From positions 201,853-265,852 of the forward strand of contig JACOYR010000004.1 in NCBI GenBank assembly GCA_016181765.1: a DNA stretch of 64,000 nt. The letters run 5' to 3'. The DNA comes from Parcubacteria group bacterium. GTDB lineage: Bacteria > Patescibacteriota > Patescibacteriia > UBA2169. The notes beneath the pieces were generated by a model. The model had not been told where the DNA came from. It ran no database searches and saw nothing but the letters and a program-made list of their open reading frames with translations. Shown here piece after piece: positions 1-7,655 of the stretch (positions are counted from its first letter, which is position 1; each line of letters starts with the position of its first letter). The translations under genes were made by a program, and so were the position numbers.

Positions 1-1
1 C

Positions 2-1246
2 CTCACCAGGGAGAAGAGCGGCGCGCTCTGGAAGCTCATTGAGCCGTTCGCGGCCTACGGGTTCAACAAGGCGCACGCCTGCTCCTATGGCGTGGTCGCG
101 TACCAGACCGCGTATATGAAAGCCCACTACCCGGCCGAGTTCATGGCGGCCCTCATGAGCGCCGAGTCCGATGACATTGAGAAAGTCGCGGAAGCGGTCG
201 CGGAGTGCAAGGCCATGGCCATCACCGTGCTCCCCCCGGACGTGAATGAAAGCTTTGCGGACTTTACGGTGATTGACGACAAGACCATCCGCTTCGGGCT
301 CTCGGCCATCAAGAACATCGGCAGCCATATTGTTGACGTGATCATTGCCGAGCGCAAGCAGAACGGCGCGTACGCGGATGTTTCCAGTTTTTTAAGCCGC
401 GTAAAAGACCGGGACTTAAACCGCAAGTCCCTGGAGAGCTTCATTAAAGCCGGCGCCCTCTCAAGCCTGGAAAGCCGGGCCACGCTCTTTGCGAACATTG
501 ACAAGCTCCTGGATTTTGCGCGGGACAGCCACGAGGCAGCGGCCCGCAGCCAGGAGAGCTTGTTCGGCGGCGCGGAAACAAAAGGGCGCGGCCTCGCGCT
601 CGCGGAGGCCCAAGAGAACCAGGACCAGGAGCTTGCCTGGGAAAAAGAGCTCCTGGGCTTGTACCTCTCAAGCCACCCCCTGGAAAAGCACCGCGCCCTC
701 CTCGCCAAGAGCCCGAACCCTGTTGCAACCATCCAGCCCGAATCTACAACAAGCGCCACGTGCTTCGGGTACATCACGGGCGCCAAAGAAATCATCACCA
801 AAAAGGGAGACCCCATGGCCTTTGTCACGCTGGAGGATTTGACGGGCAGCCTTGAGCTCATCGTGTTCCCGCGGCTGTACCAGGAGCACCGCTTGCTCTG
901 GCAGGCGGATTCCCTGGTCGCGGTCACCGGAAAACCGGAAAACCGCCAGGGCAAACAGCAACTCATTGTGGACCGCGTGGAAGCCTTGGCAGAATCCGCG
1001 GCAACCGCAGGCCGGCGCGCCGAAGAGCGCGTCAGCGTGCACATCAGCCTCAATGAGCCCGCGGACCGCGCCCAGCTTGATAAAATCAAAAAAATATTGT
1101 ACCTTAAGAGTGGCGCCACGCCGGTCATTCTCCATGTCAACGGAACTGCCGCGCTCAAGCTCCCCCGCGGGGTGGACCTGAACGCGCACGCGCTCTTGGA
1201 GGAGCTCGCGACGCTCGTCGGAGACAGCCGCATCAGCATTAGGTAA
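2..1246 (+). CDS. dnaE: DNA polymerase III alpha subunit, C-terminal part (5' end outside window)
   Basis: FAAYGFNKAHA..YQTAYMKAHYP, IRFGLSAIKNIG HhH, EKELLGLYLSSHPL and OB-fold TKKGDPMAFVTLED motifs. Confidence 0.96.
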   Translation, partial: LTREKSGALWKLIEPFAAYGFNKAHACSYGVVAYQTAYMKAHYPAEFMAALMSAESDDIEKVAEAVAECKAMAITVLPPDVNESFADFTVIDDKTIRFGLSAIKNIGSHIVDVIIAERKQNGAYADVSSFLSRVKDRDLNRKSLESFIKAGALSSLESRATLFANIDKLLDFARDSHEAAARSQESLFGGAETKGRGLALAEAQENQDQELAWEKELLGLYLSSHPLEKHRALLAKSPNPVATIQPESTTSATCFGYITGAKEIITKKGDPMAFVTLEDLTGSLELIVFPRLYQEHRLLWQADSLVAVTGKPENRQGKQQLIVDRVEALAESAATAGRRAEERVSVHISLNEPADRAQLDKIKKILYLKSGATPVILHVNGTAALKLPRGVDLNAHALLEELATLVGDSRISIR

Positions 1247-1257
1247 CCAGTACTCAT

Positions 1258-2430
1258 ATGGCCATGGACATCGTCAAGAACACCAAGAAAAAGGTGGAAA
1301 CAACCAAAAAGAAGCTCGCCAAGACCATGGAACTCAAATCCTACCGCAAGCTCGCGGTTAACTTTTTGATTCTCACCGTAAATTTGATCATCATCATCCT
1401 GTACTTCTCCCTCTCCCAGGCAAAGGTGGTGGTGGTGCCGGCGCGGGACGTGGTATCGCACTCCGTGGCCATTGCCATTGCCCCGGACCCGGCAGCGAGC
1501 GAGGCTCCACTCGTCATTGCGGGCAGCGCCACCTCGGTTCCGGTTTCGCACACCCAGGAGTTTGCGGTTGATGAGTCCGCGACCGTTGATGCGCAGGCCC
1601 AGGGCATGATCACTGTTTTTAATACGACCGCGGACCGGGACCAGCTCCTGGTCGCGAACACGCGGTTCCAAAACGAGGCCGGCATACTGTTAAAGACGCG
1701 CGAGCAAATCACGGTCCCGCGCGGCAAGGAGCAAGCAGTAGCCGCGTACGCGGATAAGCCCGGAGCCGCGGGGAACGTGGGTACCTCCGCGGGGCGGTTC
1801 CAGATCGTGGCCCTGCCCCACCTCAAGGACAAAATTTACGCGGAAGTGTCCCGGGAGTTCGGAGGCGGCACGGTTGCGGCCCCATCCCTCACCCAGGGCG
1901 CCTACGACAGCGCGCGCGCTGATATGGAAAAAGCCCTGCGGGAAAAAGGGAGCGCCCTGCTCTCCGAAACCACGGGCGTTGATCCGGACAAGGTCGCGCT
2001 CGCGGTGGACGAGATCACCGCAAGCGCCAAAGTGGGCGACCGGAACATCAAAACATTTTCCTTAACCGCAAAGGGTACGGTAAGCGCATTTACTTATGAC
2101 GAGGCGCGGGCCCGGGAAATCATAAAGCAGGAGCTCGCGAAGCAGGTGCCCCCGGACAAGCTTTTGCTTGAATTTGATGAGAGCTCCTATGCCGCGGCCT
2201 TGTCCGAGGACGGCGCCTCGGTAACCGTCTCCATCAAAGCCGAGATCGCCCCCAAGATTCCGGACACCGTCCTCGCGCAGGAGGACATCATCGGCTTGAA
2301 CGAGGAGGAAGTCAGATTGCGCTTCACCAAGATCACCGGGATCCGGGACGTGCAGGTTGAGTTCTGGCCGTTCTGGGTGCGGAGCGTGCCGAATCTCAAA
2401 GACCACGTGAATATTGAGATAAAGCGGTAA
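1258..2430 (+). CDS. Membrane-anchored hypothetical protein (CPR-type, baseplate-J-like middle region)
   Basis: 390-aa ORF with a single N-terminal TM helix, QLLVANTRF..ADKPGAAGNV and C-terminal FWPFWVRSVP; family is recalled, not searched. Confidence 0.7.
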   Translation: MAMDIVKNTKKKVETTKKKLAKTMELKSYRKLAVNFLILTVNLIIIILYFSLSQAKVVVVPARDVVSHSVAIAIAPDPAASEAPLVIAGSATSVPVSHTQEFAVDESATVDAQAQGMITVFNTTADRDQLLVANTRFQNEAGILLKTREQITVPRGKEQAVAAYADKPGAAGNVGTSAGRFQIVALPHLKDKIYAEVSREFGGGTVAAPSLTQGAYDSARADMEKALREKGSALLSETTGVDPDKVALAVDEITASAKVGDRNIKTFSLTAKGTVSAFTYDEARAREIIKQELAKQVPPDKLLLEFDESSYAAALSEDGASVTVSIKAEIAPKIPDTVLAQEDIIGLNEEEVRLRFTKITGIRDVQVEFWPFWVRSVPNLKDHVNIEIKR

Positions 2431-2444
2431 GTTATAAAAAGATG

Positions 2445-2475
2445 AAGGGGCGGCTCGTGAGAGTCGCCCCTTTTC
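2445..2475. terminator. Intrinsic terminator, probably bidirectional
   Basis: gaaggggcggctc-gtga-gagtcgccccttttc hairpin between convergent genes. Confidence 0.65.
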
Positions 2476-2512
2476 GTGATGGCCTCTGCTGCGCAATCCG
2501 ACCCCGAGGGGG

Positions 2513-2920
2513 TTAGGACTCTGACGCAGCTCCGGTGTCCGGCAAAAGCCCAAGCTCATTGAGCAACGCGTCCAGCCACTCCTGCAGAGACGCGTCTCCT
2601 CCCGCCAGGGTCACCTGTATCGCGCCTGCAAAGGTGCGCTCCCCGACTGTGGTCTCCCAGGACTGCACCGTGTTGCCGGTACGCTGCCGCAACCCGGTGC
2701 AGATGGCATCCGCAACCTGGCTCACCGCACCCGTACCCCTGTGGTCCGACTGAACCGCACATTGCGCCATCCTGTCCGAGACTCGGCACACGCTCACCTG
2801 AACCTCGCACTGGACGCCCCCTGGGCCCGGTACCCAAACAGTGCGCTGCACGCGCGATGGAATGCTCCCGCCGCAGCACTCGCGCGTCTCGCTGGCTTCC
2901 TGCATCATCGGCATTGCCAA
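2513..2920 (-). CDS. Orphan hypothetical protein
   Basis: 135-aa ORF preceded by AGGAGG and its own sigma70 promoter. Confidence 0.5.
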   Translation of the reverse strand: MAMPMMQEASETRECCGGSIPSRVQRTVWVPGPGGVQCEVQVSVCRVSDRMAQCAVQSDHRGTGAVSQVADAICTGLRQRTGNTVQSWETTVGERTFAGAIQVTLAGGDASLQEWLDALLNELGLLPDTGAASES

Positions 2921-3018
2921 CCCACATCCTCCTGGTTGCGTGGTGAGGGAAAACTACCGATGAACGCCACGATTGTGGCGCCGAAAGAACTGCACAAACT
3001 ATAGTAGCAATACTAACC

Positions 3019-3047
3019 AAACTACCAGACAACGGGCGCGCTGTCAA
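3019..3047 (-). promoter_or_regulatory. Sigma70 promoter of the orphan gene
   Basis: TTGACA-17bp-TAGTTT with TG extension on the minus strand. Confidence 0.6.
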
Positions 3048-3121
3048 TATGCGGCCGCGCCGCGCGAGCGCTTGTATTGCGCGCGAACAGCTCACTGTGC
3101 TACGATATGCGTATCATTCCT

Positions 3122-4357
3122 ATGGCACACGGCGCGCCGCACGCACAATCCAATCAGGAGGAACAGGGCCGCGACCACAAGTCCTTGGGCACGCAGCTTG
3201 ATTTGTTCGTGTTCAATGATCTGGTGGGGCCCGGGCTGCCGCTATGGACGCCCAAGGGAACCATCCTGCGCGAGGAGCTGGATAATTTCGTGTGGAGCCT
3301 GCGCAAGAAGCACGGGTACCAGAAGGTGGAAATTCCGCACCTGGCCAAAAAAGATTTGTACGAAACCAGCGGGCACTGGGCAAAGTTCAAGGATGATTTG
3401 TTCCGCGTCAAAACGCGCGAGGGCCACGAGTTCGCCATCAAGCCCATGAACTGCCCGCACCACACGCAGATCTACAGCCGCCATCCCCAGAGCTACCGCA
3501 ACCTGCCGGTGCGCTACTGCAACACCACCATGTGCTACCGCGACGAGCAGACCGGCGAGCTCAACGGGCTCGCGCGCTTGCGCGCGTTCACGCAGGATGA
3601 TTCGCACGTGTTCTGCCGCACTAGCCAGGTGGAAGAAGAATTTTTGAAAATCTGGGACATTGTTGATGAGTTCTATTCCGCGTTCGGGTTTAAGCTCTCA
3701 CCCACGCTCTCGTTGTCCGACCCTAACAACATGGGCGCGTATCTGGGTGATGAAAAGCTTTGGAAGCAGGCAGAGGATGCATTGCGCAGCGTGGCAAAGA
3801 AGCGCAACGTGCAAGCTCCGGAAGTCCTCGGCGAGGCCGCGTTCTACGGACCGAAGATTGATTTTGCGGCAAAGGATTCGCTGGGCCGGGACTGGCAGGT
3901 GGCAACCATCCAGCTGGATATGAACATGCCCGAGCGCTTTAACTTGGCGTGCGTGAATGAGAAAGGCGAACCAGAGCGCATTGTGATGATCCACTACGCG
4001 GTGATGGGCGCCATTGAGCGGTTCCTCGCCATTTTACTGGAACACACGGCTGGCGTGTTCCCGGCGTGGCTCGCGCCCATCCAAATTAGCGTTGCCACGG
4101 TTTCCAACGAAAAGCACCTGGTGTACGCGCAAAAGCTTGCGAATGAACTTTCGGCCGCCGGAGCGCGCGTTTGGGTTGATGATTCAGATGAGTCAGTCGG
4201 CAAAAAGGTGCGAGCGAGCGAGCAGCAGAAAATCCCCTACACGCTCGTGATCGGGGACAAGGAAATGGCTGGCAAAAAACTCGCGGTCCGCGCTCACGGC
4301 GAACGAGACACGGTTGAAATGACGCCGGACGAGTTGGTTGCAAAACTCAAGCGATAA
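3122..4357 (+). CDS. thrS: Threonyl-tRNA synthetase, short form without TGS/editing domains
   Basis: RDHKSLG, KPMNCPHH, RLRAFTQDDSH, GEAAFYGPKID, IERFLAILLEH and anticodon-binding domain; probable ATG at 3122. Confidence 0.95.
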   Translation: MAHGAPHAQSNQEEQGRDHKSLGTQLDLFVFNDLVGPGLPLWTPKGTILREELDNFVWSLRKKHGYQKVEIPHLAKKDLYETSGHWAKFKDDLFRVKTREGHEFAIKPMNCPHHTQIYSRHPQSYRNLPVRYCNTTMCYRDEQTGELNGLARLRAFTQDDSHVFCRTSQVEEEFLKIWDIVDEFYSAFGFKLSPTLSLSDPNNMGAYLGDEKLWKQAEDALRSVAKKRNVQAPEVLGEAAFYGPKIDFAAKDSLGRDWQVATIQLDMNMPERFNLACVNEKGEPERIVMIHYAVMGAIERFLAILLEHTAGVFPAWLAPIQISVATVSNEKHLVYAQKLANELSAAGARVWVDDSDESVGKKVRASEQQKIPYTLVIGDKEMAGKKLAVRAHGERDTVEMTPDELVAKLKR

Positions 4358-4380
4358 TAGTTTTTTGTTATTTTTTTAAC

Positions 4381-4420
4381 AAAAGAAAGAGGCCCGCGGA
4401 GCTTGCGCTCGTTGGGCCTC
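4381..4420 (-). terminator. Intrinsic terminator
   Basis: gaggccc..gggcctc stem next to an A-tract (U-tail on minus strand). Confidence 0.5.
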
Positions 4421-4441
4421 GGTGAACGTGTCTGACGCTAT

Positions 4442-4756
4442 CTACAGCGTCGGGAGCACGGTGCGGACGAAGTGCCCGCCGTCGTTGCTGTGCGGCACGT
4501 ACGCACCATGCTGGACGTTGAACGTATAGTTCAGTGTCCAGAGAGCTCTGCGGACCTCGTCGGTGACGTCCCTCACCGACTTGATCCACGGCCGCCCCTC
4601 TTCATCGTAGATCACCACAACCCCATTGTTGCAGTCAAAGGTGTTTGGTGTTCCGTGTTTGACGTGCTGTTCCTCCTCGGAGTGTCCCGGGTGCTCGGAT
4701 GTGCCGAGCGCACAGAAGAGCCCGAGGTCCAACAGCCTGTGAGAGAGCTTACCCAT
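4442..4756 (-). CDS. Orphan hypothetical protein
   Basis: 104-aa ORF with AAAGGAGG SD, consensus promoter and terminator. Confidence 0.65.
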   Translation of the reverse strand: MGKLSHRLLDLGLFCALGTSEHPGHSEEEQHVKHGTPNTFDCNNGVVVIYDEEGRPWIKSVRDVTDEVRRALWTLNYTFNVQHGAYVPHSNDGGHFVRTVLPTL

Positions 4757-4823
4757 CGCGCGCCTCCTTTGAAGGCATCATGCGGGTTTTTTACGCTAGG
4801 CACGCTTTGTACCTAACAATATA

Positions 4824-4852
4824 ATTATAGCATACTTCCTATTTCTTGTCAA
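4824..4852 (-). promoter_or_regulatory. Consensus sigma70 promoter
   Basis: TTGACA-17bp-TATAAT with TG extension. Confidence 0.75.
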
Positions 4853-4932
4853 CTATATCTAACATTAGCCAAAAAAGTGAAATGATTAAAAGTGCCGAAT
4901 TGACGTTTTGACTAGCGTAAATTCCCAATGAT

Positions 4933-5295
4933 ATGTATATCCAAGACCTGCAAAAATGCGACGAAATTATCGCGGGTGACGATTCCGTCCTCCGCGAACT
5001 TTTGCACCCAAACAAAGCGGACGTAGCATTCCGGTATAGTTTGGCGCACGCGATGGTTAAGAACGGCCTGTCATCTAAATCGCACAAACTAAAAACATCA
5101 GAGGTGTACTACATTCTGGAAGGCGAAGGCACCATGCATGTCAATGGCGAGGCTGCAAACGTTCGCGCGGGCCACGTTGTGTACATTCCCCCGAACGCAA
5201 CGCAATACATTGAAAACACCGGCAATGCGGATTTGAAATTTTTGTGCATTGTTGACCCGGCCTGGCGGCCAGAAGACGAAGCCGAAACGGAATAG
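4933..5295 (+). CDS. Cupin domain protein
   Basis: HKLKTSEVYYILEGEG and VYIPPNATQYIENTG cupin motifs. Confidence 0.9.
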   Translation: MYIQDLQKCDEIIAGDDSVLRELLHPNKADVAFRYSLAHAMVKNGLSSKSHKLKTSEVYYILEGEGTMHVNGEAANVRAGHVVYIPPNATQYIENTGNADLKFLCIVDPAWRPEDEAETE

Positions 5296-5343
5296 GCAAA
5301 ACCAGCGGCTAGAGCCTGCCCCATACGTAATACGAGGGGCCGA

Positions 5344-6132
5344 TCACAGCGGGCTCTGAATCGCGGCCAGAGCAGATCGCGCCACCTTGGTGTACACCTG
5401 CGTGGTGGTAAGCCGCGCGTGGCCCAAGAGCTCCTGGATGTACCGAATGTCGGTGCCGTTCTCCAGCAAGTGCGTGGCAAACGAATGGCGCAAGCTGTGG
5501 CAGCTTGCCTGTTTTTTGATGCCCGAATCTTTGAGCGCGTGGGCAAATATCTTTTGAGCCGACCGTTCAGTCAGCTTCCCGCCGCGGCTGCTTTCAAACA
5601 CAAAATCGCGTGCGTCTTTTTTTGCAACATACCGCGCAAGCGGCGCGCTGACTTTTTCAGAAAACAAGGTAACCCGGTCTTTCCCTCCTTTGCCGCCGCG
5701 AACCATCACGGCTTGGTTATCAAAATCCAAATCCCCCACCTTGAGATTCACGGCTTCGGAAACCCGCAACCCGGCCGAGTACATCATCCCGAGCAGGAGC
5801 TTGTGCTTGGCGCTTTTGATGGTTCCGAGCAATAACCGCACTTCTTGTTTGGAGAGCACCACCGGAAGTTTTTTTGATGATTTGGCGCGCGGAATGGAAA
5901 CAAAAAATCTCCGCTTGAGCACGGAGCCAAAGTAAAACTTAAGGGCGCTGTACACGGTATTGAGTGTTGACGCGGACTTTCCCGCGTCCGCGAGCGCTTC
6001 CAGATACTTTCGGACATCAGCCGTAGTGGTTGCCCGGGGGCCTTTGCCCGCCGAGCGCAAAAAGCCTTTGACGTTCGTTATATACGAACTTTGGGTCATT
6101 GGGCTAAACCCCCGCAGTTTCATCTCCTGCAC
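5344..6132 (-). CDS. Tyrosine recombinase, integron-like integrase (SAM-like N-domain plus catalytic domain)
   Basis: LRGFS..T..SY N-terminus; GLRVSE, GKGGKDR, HSLRHSFATHLLE, LGH, TQVYT; divergent from the cassette array. Confidence 0.92.
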   Translation of the reverse strand: MQEMKLRGFSPMTQSSYITNVKGFLRSAGKGPRATTTADVRKYLEALADAGKSASTLNTVYSALKFYFGSVLKRRFFVSIPRAKSSKKLPVVLSKQEVRLLLGTIKSAKHKLLLGMMYSAGLRVSEAVNLKVGDLDFDNQAVMVRGGKGGKDRVTLFSEKVSAPLARYVAKKDARDFVFESSRGGKLTERSAQKIFAHALKDSGIKKQASCHSLRHSFATHLLENGTDIRYIQELLGHARLTTTQVYTKVARSALAAIQSPL

Positions 6133-6163
6133 GAATTTCTCAAAGCCTTCCGTAAAAACAACC

Positions 6164-6187
6164 AGTTCGTATATAACTAGTTATAAG
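6164..6187 (+). other. attI-like recombination site
   Basis: agttcgtatataacta-GTTATAAG between integrase start and first cassette; the core is complementary to CTTATAAC at the cassette end. Confidence 0.6.
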
Positions 6188-6237
6188 AAATTTAATTTGA
6201 AAGCCCTAAGAGGAATTAACAAGTAAATGCATGAAAT

Positions 6238-6630
6238 ATGAAAATAGTCATCTGCGGTTCTAGACGTTTCTTTGACGACATTCGCGACTTGGAACGCAAG
6301 TTGCGCGAGAACGGTCATATTGTCTTGGGACCCATACTCAACAGAAATAAATCTATCAGCGACCTGCCGAGTGATCTTAAAACATACGCTTTTTTAGGAT
6401 TGACGCTTCACCATTTTGAATTTATCCGCAAAGCCGACATCTGCTTCATGTACAACAAAGATGGTTATCTTGGCAACAGTGGTACTTTGGAGCTTGGTTT
6501 TGTGGTCGCCTGCGGTATTCCAATATACGCTCTGAATGAAGATAAAGACGAGGTTTGCAGGAATGTACTCTTTGACTTCGTGGTTAATGACATTGATGAA
6601 TTCGTTAAAATTGTTAATTCCAATAAATGA
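6238..6630 (+). CDS. Cassette gene: nucleoside 2-deoxyribosyltransferase-like protein
   Basis: MKIVICGS...IRKADICF.YNKDGYLGNSGTLELGF pattern. Confidence 0.65.
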   Translation: MKIVICGSRRFFDDIRDLERKLRENGHIVLGPILNRNKSISDLPSDLKTYAFLGLTLHHFEFIRKADICFMYNKDGYLGNSGTLELGFVVACGIPIYALNEDKDEVCRNVLFDFVVNDIDEFVKIVNSNK

Positions 6631-6653
6631 CAAGGGCTTTCAAATTAAACATC

Positions 6654-6831
6654 TTATAACACTGAATATGCGGTTCAAAAACATTGCCCATTAGATACGA
6701 TTGGTCGCAATGTTTTTTCACCCAAATGGCGCTTCTGATATCCGCGATTGATGTTGTCTATACTGTGCATCTGATGACCACACTCCTACTGATTAAGACG
6801 GCGCCACTTCGCATATTCAGGAACGTTGCGA
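6654..6831 (+). repeat. attC-like site 1
   Basis: TTATAAC-A-CTGAATATGCG...CGCATATTCAG-GAAC-GTTGCGA with two inner hairpins. Confidence 0.75.
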
Positions 6832-6980
6832 CGAAATAATTTTTTTTATAAGTTTTTCTCAATCGGCTTTTTAAGAAAAGGAATAAAATAAGTTTTTTAA
6901 GAATTAGGATTTTAGGAGGGGTAAAGCCAAGGTGGTTTTCTCCGCTTCGCTCCGAAAACGATTCATTAATTAATTTATGT

Positions 6981-7439
6981 ATGTCAAAAATTAATGTAGT
7001 TTATACGCCCAAAATTGATGAAGAAGAAAAAAGAATATTTGAAGAAGTATTCGGAAAAAATAAAGTAGTATTTGGGGAATATAAAATTAAAGGAATAACA
7101 TGGGGCGCATTTGACATTCAAATAATAATAGACGCCTTGAATGACCCCACCATAACAGCCTTACTACACGGCACAGAATTTGCGCGTTTAATTGCCGTAT
7201 TGGTTAAAAAATTATTTAGCAGAAATACTAAAAAAATAATGGATAATAAATCAAGACCCAGATACACGACTTTGGTTATAAGAAAAGAAACTAGTTCTGT
7301 CGTAGTATCAAATGTTAATCCCGGCAACAAAATTCTTATTTCTAAAATCACGGCTAATTTCGAGGAAATTAAAAAACAGTTTGAGAGCGGTGATGATAAA
7401 TATACAGATGAAAAACTTAATAACTACTTGGATAATTAA
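6981..7439 (+). CDS. Cassette hypothetical protein
   Basis: 152-aa AT-rich ORF. Confidence 0.7.
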   Translation: MSKINVVYTPKIDEEEKRIFEEVFGKNKVVFGEYKIKGITWGAFDIQIIIDALNDPTITALLHGTEFARLIAVLVKKLFSRNTKKIMDNKSRPRYTTLVIRKETSSVVVSNVNPGNKILISKITANFEEIKKQFESGDDKYTDEKLNNYLDN

Positions 7440-7444
7440 AATTT

Positions 7445-7651
7445 ATGAAGTCAAAAATAATTAAAAGCAAACGACTAAAGGATCGCATAGTGGAGATAAT
7501 TGAGTATAAAGATGATTTTGGGAAAATTGTAAATTATTCTGTTATTAACGTAAACCATGGCGAAGGGGTCATTGCGGGTGCCGGTAAATTAGAAGAAAAT
7601 AATTTTTCTAATGAAGAGGAAGCAATGATATTTTTTAATAATCAAAATTAA
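7445..7651 (+). CDS. Cassette small hypothetical protein
   Basis: 68-aa ORF tightly packed between neighbours. Confidence 0.6.
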   Translation: MKSKIIKSKRLKDRIVEIIEYKDDFGKIVNYSVINVNHGEGVIAGAGKLEENNFSNEEEAMIFFNNQN

Positions 7652-7655
7652 ATCT

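Noticed and set aside
127-1671. Long antisense ORFs (also 13970-15568, 15135-16238, 33403-34320 and others)
   Set aside because: Shadows of GC-rich genes with clear motifs on the opposite strand; no recognisable protein features
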